From a virus (Duplodnaviria > Caudoviricetes), in IMG/VR virus record IMGVR_UViG_3300016472_000211, positions 1 through 35,027 of that record: a DNA stretch of 35,027 nt, one strand, 5' to 3'. Positions 16,624 to 25,441 of the stretch are shown one piece after another. The notes under the pieces are model-generated. The model was not told where the DNA came from. It was given only the letters and a program-made list of their open reading frames with translations, and searched no databases. Each line of letters begins with the position of its first letter. Position 1 is the stretch's first letter. A program made the translations under genes and the position numbers.

Positions 16624-18492
16624 TCACACCGCCACTGCGAGGCGCGGCTCGCTGATACCGCCGCGCATATCCTGGCGTCTCGTGGCCTGCGTCACGCCGC
16701 GCGTGACCACGTCCTCGCCGATGTAGACCACGACGGGTTGTGGCGCCCGGTCGGATGCTCGACCAGTCGGACCCGTATCAGCCGCGCTCGGGGTGCGCTC
16801 TCCGCCTCGGCTCCCACCGCCACCGCCACCACTGGCGGATGCGCTGCCGATCTTGCCCGCGCCGAGCGCACGAGCAGCGAGTGCGAGCGTGCCGCCCATG
16901 GCCGCCATGACGCCAGCAGCGGCGTAATACTGCGGCGCCGACGTGCCGAGCAGCGTGCCGCCGAGGATGAGCGCCGCTGTGCCCATGGCCGACAGGTAGA
17001 TGGAATTGCCCAGCGCCTGCGCCGATAGCGCCGCCAGCGCGTTGCCGATGGCCCGTTTGATTTGCTTCGCCCCGGCGTCGCCGCTGGTGATGAGGTTCGT
17101 GACCATCGCGCCGAATGAGCTAGACACGGTCCCGGCGACCTGGCCAATGACGGCTCCGACGTTCGAGGCCGCGGCGGTCAGGCCCGTCAATGCGGCCTCG
17201 ATGCTCTGGAGCATGCCGTCGAACGGGCTCGCCTCGATGGGCTGCGACATGATGTCGCCGATGGTGTCGTAGGCGAGTTGCGCTCCGGCCGTAATCTGGT
17301 CCCATGCGTCGCGATACGGCGCCGTGAATCTGGCCCACGCCTCGGGGTCCGGCTCTGGCACCATCGCTGCGGACATCGCATCGATGCCCCGGAGCGCCTC
17401 GGCCTCCATCTCGCGACGTGGCGACTTGGCGCCAGCGACAGCGCCGACGATTTCGCCGAGCGTCTGTGGCCTGGCCGCGGCCTTAGCGCCGCCAGCCCCC
17501 TCGGCTCGACCACCGAGCGCGCCCCTAGCAGCGCGCATCATGTCGACCTCTCGGTCGCGGAGCGAGTCGCCGACCTGTTTGATTCGGCGGGCCTCTTGGG
17601 CGAGGTCGGCGGCCCGCTTGTCGAGCGCGGCGCGGATGGCAGGGCCGGCCATCGTGCCCTCGTAGTCGAGGGCCGCCGCCTCGAAGTCGCGCATGAGCGC
17701 GTCACGGTCCTTTTTCAGCTGTGCGGCAGCCTCGCGAAGCTTCCCCTTGTCCTCGCGCACCTGCTGCAGCTCGTCGCCCACGATGGCCGACAGCATGTAC
17801 CCACGACCGCCAGCGCCCATCGAGACGCCGGTCTGCGCCGACAGGAACGCCTCACCCATCTCAGTCATCGCCAGGCCTGCACGTCGCGCGGCCTCGGCCT
17901 GCTGGTCGAGGTACTGCGCATGCTCGCGAGCAAGCGCGGCCTGGTACTGCATCTCGATGGACGTTGACCGTGTGCTGTCCCCGAGCCCGGACATCGCGTC
18001 CCAGGCCGCCTTTGCGCCCTCGCCGATGGCCAACAGTAGTCCGGCGATGCCGAAGCCAGGCAGGATTGCGGCAGCGCGAGACAGGGCCGCGAACGCCTTG
18101 CCGAGGCCCTCCATCGCGACTTTCGCGCCGCTGGTCTGCTGCACGGCCTCGGCGGCCTGGGCGCCGAATCGTGCGACGGATGCTCCGGCCTGGGTCGTGG
18201 ACTGAGCGACCTTGGTGCTCTCCGTGACCCAGGTGTTCATGATGCTGTCGAATCGACGCGTCTCGGTGACGACAGAGCCAAATGCGTTGGTCGTCTGCCG
18301 GATGGCGCGCTCTTGCTCCTGAAGCGCTCGCGTGCTGCGCTGCGTCGCCTGCTCCTGCTTCGAGATGGCAGTGGCGGCGGCAGAGGCCGACGATGCGACC
18401 GACCCGTCAGCGGCTGCAACCGCTCGCAGTTGCGCCTCGGCGACATCCGCGCCGATGACAGTGACCTCAATCTCGGTGCGTGCGAGCGCCAT
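16624..18492 (-). CDS. Tail tape measure protein (622 aa)
   Basis: Ala/Gln-rich helical sequence with hydrophobic segments, N-terminal IEVTVIG, C-terminal VVVYIGED. Follows the frameshifted chaperone pair. Confidence 0.82.
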   Translation of the reverse strand: MALARTEIEVTVIGADVAEAQLRAVAAADGSVASSASAAATAISKQEQATQRSTRALQEQERAIRQTTNAFGSVVTETRRFDSIMNTWVTESTKVAQSTTQAGASVARFGAQAAEAVQQTSGAKVAMEGLGKAFAALSRAAAILPGFGIAGLLLAIGEGAKAAWDAMSGLGDSTRSTSIEMQYQAALAREHAQYLDQQAEAARRAGLAMTEMGEAFLSAQTGVSMGAGGRGYMLSAIVGDELQQVREDKGKLREAAAQLKKDRDALMRDFEAAALDYEGTMAGPAIRAALDKRAADLAQEARRIKQVGDSLRDREVDMMRAARGALGGRAEGAGGAKAAARPQTLGEIVGAVAGAKSPRREMEAEALRGIDAMSAAMVPEPDPEAWARFTAPYRDAWDQITAGAQLAYDTIGDIMSQPIEASPFDGMLQSIEAALTGLTAAASNVGAVIGQVAGTVSSSFGAMVTNLITSGDAGAKQIKRAIGNALAALSAQALGNSIYLSAMGTAALILGGTLLGTSAPQYYAAAGVMAAMGGTLALAARALGAGKIGSASASGGGGGGSRGGERTPSAADTGPTGRASDRAPQPVVVYIGEDVVTRGVTQATRRQDMRGGISEPRLAVAV

Positions 18493-18883
18493 GGCGGTCA
18501 GTCTCCTCGGCCTGCACTCTATCCCACTCGGCCCGCAGTGTCAGCACGGCGTCGACCACCGACCCTAGCGTCGAGTCGAGCGCGCCGATGGGCTGGCCCG
18601 CATCCGACCATTGTTTCGCGCGCAGAACATGCGCGATGAACTCTGACCGGGCCATGTGGTCGAGGCACCACGGCGCACGCTCACCACCCGGCCAGAGTGA
18701 CAGGCCTGGCACCCACTCTCCATGCGGCGAGTCAGGGTCGATGTCTACGGGCGCAATCTCGTCCGCGCCGTGTCGAGCTACGACGCCGCCGCACTGAGCA
18801 TCGCAGTAGTGGACGTGTGCGCCGCGTCGCTCGGCATCGGCTCTCCTGACGAGCGCGCGCAGGATGAGCCCGCCTGTTTTCCC
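18467..18883 (-). CDS. Tail assembly chaperone, frameshifted C-terminal extension (GT-like)
   Basis: The -1 frame is open from the slippery site GGGAAAA (18883-18877) to the stop at 18467. Confidence 0.75.
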   Translation of the reverse strand, partial: GKTGGLILRALVRRADAERRGAHVHYCDAQCGGVVARHGADEIAPVDIDPDSPHGEWVPGLSLWPGGERAPWCLDHMARSEFIAHVLRAKQWSDAGQPIGALDSTLGSVVDAVLTLRAEWDRVQAEETDRHGARTHRD

Positions 18884-19362
18884 AAGTGGCTCCATCCGTC
18901 GATTCGGGCTGCAAGTTCCGCTCGCACCATGGCCCAATCCCGACCGAGCCCGCCGGGACCGTACAGGGCCTCGACCGGGTACATGCCGTCCACCGGGCGC
19001 TCATCGAACCCGTCGAGCGCGACCAGCCCGCGCCGAATCAGCTCGGCCTCGATGTGCGCCTGCGAGTCCGTACCAGCGGCGAGCAGAGCAGCGCGCCGCG
19101 CATCGGCGAACTCCCCCCCGGTCAGACCTCGAATGGTGGCGTATGCCACGCCGACCGGCTGACCACCGAGCACGTCCCACACACCCATAGGGTCGAGCGT
19201 CTCGTGGTACAGCGCGACGGCGAGACGCAGGCGCTCAGTGAGCGCGTCGGCCTCGTCGCCTGCGCCGGTGAGCGTCGATACGACGAGCGCCCGCAGGTCG
19301 GGGTCGCACATAAGCGGGATGCGGGCCAGGTCGCCCGCGCGACTCGCGCGCTGGAACGCCAT
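18778..19362 (-). CDS. Tail assembly chaperone (G-like)
   Basis: Lies between the tail tube and tape measure; contains TIRGLTGGEF and an in-frame G-GGA-AAA (L-G-K). Confidence 0.78.
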   Translation of the reverse strand: MAFQRASRAGDLARIPLMCDPDLRALVVSTLTGAGDEADALTERLRLAVALYHETLDPMGVWDVLGGQPVGVAYATIRGLTGGEFADARRAALLAAGTDSQAHIEAELIRRGLVALDGFDERPVDGMYPVEALYGPGGLGRDWAMVRAELAARIDGWSHLGKQAGSSCARSSGEPMPSDAAHTSTTAMLSAAAS

Positions 19363-19365
19363 GGG

Positions 19366-20703
19366 TCAGGCCACGAACCAGAGAACCCACGGCGTATTCG
19401 CGCCATCGGTGGGAGTCGTCGTCGAGCCGTCGCCCGCGTAGTCACCAGCGCGCAGCGGGACGACCTGGGTCCGGTCGTTTGCCGTGAAGGTATAGCCGGG
19501 GTCCTCGCTCGGCTCGACACTCCCGACCCAGACGCCGCATCCGTTGCCCGCGGCGTTCGCCCCAGCGGCGGAGAATCCGACGGTGCGCTTCTGCGAGAGG
19601 CGCAGCCAGTCGCGCACGTCGGCGCTCGTCGTGCTCGGGCTGTCGATGGTCATCGACCCGGTGAGCGTCGCCGAGGAGACACGCATCTCGGACATGCGCG
19701 ACCGCGTACCCTGGTCGGACACCGGCACCAGGTCGAACTCGATAGACACAGACCACTCGCGCACGGGCAGCGTGGTAGCCGTGCCCGAGTAGGGCGCAGA
19801 GCTGGTGCTGTGGTCTTGGGTCACGAGCACCGGAGCGACCCGGGTACGCAGCGCCGTCGAGCCCGATGCACCGATCATGAGTGGTTCGGTCGGGGTCGCC
19901 ACAGGGGCCATGACATAGGTTCCGTCGGCGCATCGCAGCGTCGGCACGATGTTGACGGCCCCGGTCGGGCCGGCGGTGATGTCGAGCTTGGCCAGTCGCG
20001 CACCGACGCCGATGACGGTGTCGTATCCGTCGCGCGGAGCGTACTGCACCGCGACCGAGCCACCATCGGGCACGGCGTCCGACGAGATGAAAAACTGATG
20101 GCAGAGGCGCACGGTCGCCGTGGACGCTGCCGGGATGCCGTGGGGCTCGACCGTCGTGACCGTGGCAGGCGCACCGGCTCCGACATCGCTGACTTTGACG
20201 CCGCGCAGTGTGCCGTCCGTCTGGACGACTGCCACGATGTCGCCGGGGAACAGCACGGCCGCAGACGGCACCGTGAACGTGTTTGCGGTAGCGTAGGTGG
20301 CAGTCACGGATGCACCCGGCGTGGCGATTTTGGCGCTGCAGCCGCTCAGGAGCAGCACGCCGAGGCCAGTGGCGCTAGGCACATTGGTCCCCATGCCACG
20401 GGCCTCCATCGGGATGCCGACGTCACCCGTGATGCTGCGGACTGGCCCGCTGGCATCGATGGCAGTCAGCACGCGCAGCGGCTGCCGGCCGCCCGCGAGC
20501 GTGATATCCGACCGCTCGTCAGTGGGCATCTTCAGCGCGGTCGATGCGCCGCTAAATCCGTCCTGGGTGACGCGCAGCGAGTACCACGTCAGGCCCGCGA
20601 GCGTGGCCGTGTCGAGCGCACGCGCATCGGTCGCGTCGACCGAACCAAACGAGGATTCCTCCGCGACCATACAGGTCGCTCCGTTGTTGATGCCAGTGCT
20701 CAT
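19366..20703 (-). CDS. Major tail (tube) protein
   Basis: N-terminal VAEESSFG, Ser/Thr/Gly-rich, position before the chaperones; no sheath gene seen. Confidence 0.7.
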   Translation of the reverse strand: MSTGINNGATCMVAEESSFGSVDATDARALDTATLAGLTWYSLRVTQDGFSGASTALKMPTDERSDITLAGGRQPLRVLTAIDASGPVRSITGDVGIPMEARGMGTNVPSATGLGVLLLSGCSAKIATPGASVTATYATANTFTVPSAAVLFPGDIVAVVQTDGTLRGVKVSDVGAGAPATVTTVEPHGIPAASTATVRLCHQFFISSDAVPDGGSVAVQYAPRDGYDTVIGVGARLAKLDITAGPTGAVNIVPTLRCADGTYVMAPVATPTEPLMIGASGSTALRTRVAPVLVTQDHSTSSAPYSGTATTLPVREWSVSIEFDLVPVSDQGTRSRMSEMRVSSATLTGSMTIDSPSTTSADVRDWLRLSQKRTVGFSAAGANAAGNGCGVWVGSVEPSEDPGYTFTANDRTQVVPLRAGDYAGDGSTTTPTDGANTPWVLWFVA

Positions 20704-21161
20704 GAGACCTCCCACTCGGCGCGAAGCCGTAGTCTGTAGATGGTGGCGTACCTGCCGCCGTCGGCGGCGGGTACGTCATACCGCTCGACGGGCAGGAGCG
20801 GATAGAGGCTCGTGGCGACAGCAGACCACGAGGTAGGCGGTGCAAGCGCGGTGACGATGCTCGCGCAGTCCTCGGCTGCCACGGACGCCATCAGATGCGG
20901 GTCGCGGTAGTCGCCGCGAGCGTATGTCACGCTGACGACCAGGTCGTGCGATGGATAGTGCAGGGTCAGGCCGACATAGCGCGGCTCTAGGATTCCCCCG
21001 ACTGGCTCGACGAGGAGCAGTCGGCTCCGCATCCCGGCCTGCTCCTCCAGCGGCATCCAATCCTCGACCTGCGCGCGCAGGAACCGCACGTGCGGTCCAC
21101 TCGTCGGGGTCACGGACTCGATCACACTGCATACGGTGTCGATGATGTCGGCGAGGCTCAC
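20700..21161 (-). CDS. Tail terminator-like protein
   Basis: 153 aa immediately before the tail tube; coupled start/stop. Confidence 0.55.
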   Translation of the reverse strand: MSLADIIDTVCSVIESVTPTSGPHVRFLRAQVEDWMPLEEQAGMRSRLLLVEPVGGILEPRYVGLTLHYPSHDLVVSVTYARGDYRDPHLMASVAAEDCASIVTALAPPTSWSAVATSLYPLLPVERYDVPAADGGRYATIYRLRLRAEWEVS

Positions 21162-21772
21162 TTGCGCCGCTCCCCCCGTCGCATCGCATCCGCGACGATG
21201 GCCCCGAATGACGCATCAACAGCTGGCGCGTCAGAGTCTGCGAGCCCGATCCATGGCCGAGCCGCATTGACCTCAGAGCCGTAGATTGCGGCCTCGCCAG
21301 TGAGGCCGATGATCGCCGACAGGCGCGTTGTCTTGCGGACGCGAAACTCGCGCATCATCTGACCGGAGAGCGTCAGGTCGACGAGTACGCCAGCGCGGCC
21401 GGACCTGCTGGTCAGGCCGAGCCTGGACGCTCGCTTATACTCGGCGTATCCGCCCGGATAATAGCGGCCGGTGATGACCCATCCTGCGCCCCGTGGCGCC
21501 CGGCCGCTTGCAGTCAGCAGCCTGCGAGGATGGCCGCGACCGTAGTCAGGGAGCCCGCCTTTGGGCCGCAGCCGCGCTGCAGTATCCGAGGCAAACGAGA
21601 TGGTAATGGGTCGCGTGCTGTACGGTGCCAGCGAGTTGCCGTCCTCGCCGATGCCTCGCACCTGGGTGCGCTCGACGATGATACCTCGCACGGACACTGC
21701 GAGCGCCTCCATCGCCTGCACGTCCCAGACGGACGTAGGGACGGTGCCGAGCGGCCGGACCTTGATGCTCAT
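21158..21772 (-). CDS. Tail completion / virion morphogenesis protein (Mu G / P2 S-like)
   Basis: G..LAPYS, LTLSGQM, YG...ARPWIGL motifs. Confidence 0.7.
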   Translation of the reverse strand: MSIKVRPLGTVPTSVWDVQAMEALAVSVRGIIVERTQVRGIGEDGNSLAPYSTRPITISFASDTAARLRPKGGLPDYGRGHPRRLLTASGRAPRGAGWVITGRYYPGGYAEYKRASRLGLTSRSGRAGVLVDLTLSGQMMREFRVRKTTRLSAIIGLTGEAAIYGSEVNAARPWIGLADSDAPAVDASFGAIVADAMRRGERRK

Positions 21773-22755
21773 CGCGGGTCGTCCATGCGCGGACGGTCCA
21801 CGACGGTCGGCAGCGATTGGCGCGCGAAGTCGACGAGCGCCGCGTTCTGAACGTGGCTCATGGGCGTCGCACCGATAGCCGCCGCCTCTCCAGGCTGAAG
21901 CACGCCGTCGTTGTTGTAGTCGAGCATTTCGAGACGCTGGAAGCATCTCCCAAGCTCGGCGTCGAGCTCCTCGGCGATGGTGGCGCGCAGCTCGGGCCGA
22001 GGCTGGCCACGCCCGGCCATGTCGTCGAGCAGCGTCAGCTGCGTCAGGAGCAGATGCGCCCGGCGGAACTGCTCGCCGGATACCTGGTCCTCCCATGTGC
22101 CATTAGGCAGCTCTGGCCGGATCCGCCGAATGAGGGTGTCGAGTGACGTGTCGATAGCATCCTGATACCCGTTAGTCCCGGGCTGGTACAGCGTGCGCGC
22201 CCAGTTAGCGCCGCGAAGTACCTCGCCGTCGGTCAGGCCCGTCGCAAAGACCGACCAGACCACGGCGACCGGCTCGCGTTCCACACGCTGGATCGTCGTC
22301 TCGCCGGACACCGTCGCCGAGTACGCGAACTGGAGCAGCACGGGGCGCTGCGGCGTCGCCGGGATGGCGATGGCCGGGATGCTCGCCTGCCAGGTCAGGA
22401 GTTGGATGAGGCACTCGACCGCGTTGACCTCGCGCGGCAGTGGCTCGGAAAGATAGGTGTACGGATGCTCGACGCGGATGATGCGGACTGCGGCCTGCCC
22501 GTAGGCCTTCTCTCCGATCCACGCCTGGATCGGGACTCCGGGGACCATGTGGGGCTCGCCCGACGACCACAACGTCGTGAGTCGCGTCCGCGTCGAGTCG
22601 ATGGCCGAGATGCTCGCGCCTGACTGTCGAGCCATGGCGTAGCTGACCGCGCCCGTCGACCAGTAGAGGGTCGCCGTCACGGACTGCGGCACGATGCCAG
22701 CGGCCCCAGGCTGCCAGGATAGGAGGTACGGCTTGCCGATGATGAGCTTGCGCAT
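21769..22755 (-). CDS. Head-tail joining region protein
   Basis: Position between head and tail genes; no specific motif recognised. Confidence 0.5.
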   Translation of the reverse strand: MRKLIIGKPYLLSWQPGAAGIVPQSVTATLYWSTGAVSYAMARQSGASISAIDSTRTRLTTLWSSGEPHMVPGVPIQAWIGEKAYGQAAVRIIRVEHPYTYLSEPLPREVNAVECLIQLLTWQASIPAIAIPATPQRPVLLQFAYSATVSGETTIQRVEREPVAVVWSVFATGLTDGEVLRGANWARTLYQPGTNGYQDAIDTSLDTLIRRIRPELPNGTWEDQVSGEQFRRAHLLLTQLTLLDDMAGRGQPRPELRATIAEELDAELGRCFQRLEMLDYNNDGVLQPGEAAAIGATPMSHVQNAALVDFARQSLPTVVDRPRMDDPR

Positions 22756-22764
22756 GGTGCCTCA

Positions 22765-23685
22765 CTATACACCGACGCGGGCGGCGTCGGCATCGGTGGC
22801 TCGTGGGATGCCGAGCGCATTCGCGGCGGCCATCGGCATCTGCACCCAATGGTGGCGGCAGTTGTAGCCGCCTCCAAAGAAGACCGGCGGCATCCCAGGC
22901 ATGCCATTGTCCATTGCGACCACCTGGTCACGAGTCCAGGCGAGTCCGTAGACCTCGCGGCAGAACTTGCGCTGGAGGCCATCGACAGGCCCGGCATAGA
23001 CCCATGCGAGCAGACTGCCGTCAGGGTCGGCGAATCGAGCGGTCGTCGCTGCAGCGTAGCGATCAAACGCAGCCGTCTCGGTCCTGACATCCGTCTCGAT
23101 GGGCGCGATGGCCGACTCCAGCGACGCGCGCAGGCTTGTGCTCGCCGACGACCACGAGTCAGCGAACAGCGCGGCGTCGAACGACTGCAGGATGCGGAGA
23201 GCGAACGGCTCTTTGACGACCACACCCCAGGTGTCTGCCGCATTGCGGTATCGGCTTGCCATGGCAGCCTCGAACCCCGCGGCATCGAATCCTGGGTCGA
23301 GCAGTGCGAGGCCTGCACGCTCTGCCGTCCGCATCGCCTCGCCAGAGAGACGCTGCAGCTCATCCCGCCACGCCTCTTGCGCTGCGTCCATGAGCGGGTA
23401 TCCGTTGTCGTCCGTGATCTCGTCGAGGATGGCGATGACGTCTGACAGCTGCGCGCCGTACAGGTAGACGCGAGCATCGTCGAGAGTCTCGCCGCCGAGA
23501 TAGTCACGCAGGCCGCCAGCCAGTCGATCGGCGACCTCGCGCAGCATCGCCGCGACCTCGGATGCGGCGTCGTCTGTGACGTCGACTCGGTCACGGATGA
23601 GACGCTCGATGCCCGCTGGCAGGTCGCCACGCGCGAGCGTGATACCGCCGATACCACCGCAGCACCAGTCGACGGTGCGCGGCAT
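22765..23685 (-). CDS. Head morphogenesis / minor capsid protein (MuF-like)
   Basis: C-terminal YAGPVD...RKFC...GGGYNCRHHW motif. Confidence 0.75.
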   Translation of the reverse strand: MPRTVDWCCGGIGGITLARGDLPAGIERLIRDRVDVTDDAASEVAAMLREVADRLAGGLRDYLGGETLDDARVYLYGAQLSDVIAILDEITDDNGYPLMDAAQEAWRDELQRLSGEAMRTAERAGLALLDPGFDAAGFEAAMASRYRNAADTWGVVVKEPFALRILQSFDAALFADSWSSASTSLRASLESAIAPIETDVRTETAAFDRYAAATTARFADPDGSLLAWVYAGPVDGLQRKFCREVYGLAWTRDQVVAMDNGMPGMPPVFFGGGYNCRHHWVQMPMAAANALGIPRATDADAARVGV

Positions 23686-23981
23686 CAGCTACCCCGGCGC
23701 TTGCGCGCCTTGGGCGGCTGCTCGGGGATGGAGATGGAGTCCGTCTCAGGGTTATGCGGCGTCGGCTCACAGACCGCCGCCACGAAGCCGTTGACGGCGT
23801 CGACGACGGCCTGGGGCACGTCGTACTCAGGCACGAGACACGGCCTACCGTCTACACCCTCGACGAGCTCCGCGTACCGGGCTACGTCAGCCGGGTCTAG
23901 CTCGTAGACGCCGGGCGCGCTGATGCCGAGCACGGGGATGCGCGTCATCTGACTCGCCGGGGTGTAGCGGTAGCGTGGCAT
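23685..23981 (-). CDS. Small head-associated hypothetical protein
   Basis: Follows the major capsid gene with a 1-nt overlap; basic C-terminal tail PKARKRR. Confidence 0.6.
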   Translation of the reverse strand: MPRYRYTPASQMTRIPVLGISAPGVYELDPADVARYAELVEGVDGRPCLVPEYDVPQAVVDAVNGFVAAVCEPTPHNPETDSISIPEQPPKARKRRGS

Positions 23982-25021
23982 CAGGCAGCGACGGCCGTGA
24001 CGAGGTAGCCGAGATTGCTATCGCAGACGATCTCGTCCGTGTAGCACTCGCCAGCGACGAGGCGCCCCTTGGCCTGCGGCGGCTCGCTGATGTGCTCCGA
24101 CACGGCGATGGGCAGGGTAAGCCCGTCCATGCTGATGCCGGCCGCACCGACGCGGTCCTCGACGATGAGCAGCGCGCCGACCGGGCGCACCATGACGTCG
24201 GAGCCAGCAACGCCGACGTCGGCGTCCTGCAGGCACCCAATCCAGAACGCCTTGCCCCACAGGTACCCGCCGCTCGGGGTCAGACCGGGAGCTGCCGTGT
24301 TGCTGCGCGCCGAGCCGACCAGCACGCGCAACCCGAACAGGGACTGGATGCGGCCGATGGCGTCCGCCTCGGTGAGCAGGTCGGCGCGAGCCGCACCGCT
24401 GCCGACGACGGCGACGCCCTGGGCCTGCAGGCACCGCCGGTATGCGTCGATGACCTGCTGGCCGAGGATGATGGTATCGGGGTTGCGCCCGTAAGCGTTT
24501 TCTCGAGCGGCGACCATCGCAACATCGATGTCCAGGTCCGGTTTGGCCGTCGTGTAGCTGCTCCACTGGATGCCGCCGCCGCCCAAAGCGGCGAGCGCGG
24601 CGTCCGGCCAGTTGCCCGTGGAAAAGAACAGCGTGGCCAGGCGGCTCTCCATGTCGAGAGCCAACTTGCGGCCGATGGCGGCGGCCTCGCGCGACAGCAA
24701 GTCGCTCGGGAACTGCGAGCGCTCCATCAGCTTGTCGGGGATGACCGCCGACGCCAGCTTATACTCCTCGCACGTGAACGACACCGTCGTCGGGTCGCCA
24801 GCCTGGGTGCGGGGGTAGTCGGCGGTCAGCGAGGTCCGGAGATTTGTGGGCGAACCCATGAACGAGGCGCTCGACTCTACGAAGACCTTGCCGTGGTAGC
24901 TCGTGGCGGGGACTCGCGCCTGGGGCATGCCCGACGCGACGAGCCGCAGCTGCTGCGCTGCACCGATGGCAGCGCCGGACAGGAGCGGAGAGACGACGTT
25001 GACGGAACTGAGACTGGGCAT
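23981..25021 (-). CDS. Major capsid protein (HK97 fold, lambda E-like)
   Basis: 346 aa; V.PLLSG.AIG N-terminus, LDMESRLA, WSSY...P..DI, PDTIILG, final GYLVTAV; AGGAG RBS. Confidence 0.82.
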   Translation of the reverse strand: MPSLSSVNVVSPLLSGAAIGAAQQLRLVASGMPQARVPATSYHGKVFVESSASFMGSPTNLRTSLTADYPRTQAGDPTTVSFTCEEYKLASAVIPDKLMERSQFPSDLLSREAAAIGRKLALDMESRLATLFFSTGNWPDAALAALGGGGIQWSSYTTAKPDLDIDVAMVAARENAYGRNPDTIILGQQVIDAYRRCLQAQGVAVVGSGAARADLLTEADAIGRIQSLFGLRVLVGSARSNTAAPGLTPSGGYLWGKAFWIGCLQDADVGVAGSDVMVRPVGALLIVEDRVGAAGISMDGLTLPIAVSEHISEPPQAKGRLVAGECYTDEIVCDSNLGYLVTAVAA

Positions 25022-25033
25022 GATGTGCTCCTG

Positions 25034-25441
25034 TTAGGCGATGTCGATGGGGCCATGGATGGAGATCGAGCAGAGCGCACCATCAGCGGTCGCTCCCGTC
25101 GAGGACTTGCCGGCGAGCAGACGGGCGAACGCGCGGTCGCCGGACGCGGCAGCGGCGAGCTTGCCGCTGGCGTTCGTCGTCACGAGCGACCCGGCGGCGA
25201 TGACCGCGCCCGCCGTCGCGAAATCGCAGACTCCGTCAACCTGCACCGCGAGCACCTGGCCGTCGGTCGCGGACTCCAGCGCAATGCCGACGTTCGCATC
25301 GGCGGTCGCCGTCGTGCCGTCATCGGCAGCCGCCACCTGGGGCAGGCCACCGGAGAAGCCGACGATCTTGACCACCTGGCCGGCGGTGATCGTGCCGCTG
25401 GCGACGAAGTTCGGAATGTTGCCCTTGCTGCCGTAGCTCAT
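25034..25441 (-). CDS. Capsid decoration / cement protein (DUF2190-like)
   Basis: A..TITAGQVV, VGIALESA..G, TAGAVIAAGSLVTTNASGK. Sits between protease and capsid genes. Confidence 0.75.
   Translation of the reverse strand: MSYGSKGNIPNFVASGTITAGQVVKIVGFSGGLPQVAAADDGTTATADANVGIALESATDGQVLAVQVDGVCDFATAGAVIAAGSLVTTNASGKLAAAASGDRAFARLLAGKSSTGATADGALCSISIHGPIDIA

Noticed and set aside
10661-21772. Contractile (myovirus) tail suggested by the Mu-like head genes
   Set aside because: Only one tube-sized gene precedes the chaperones, and no sheath or baseplate-J-like motifs were recognised.
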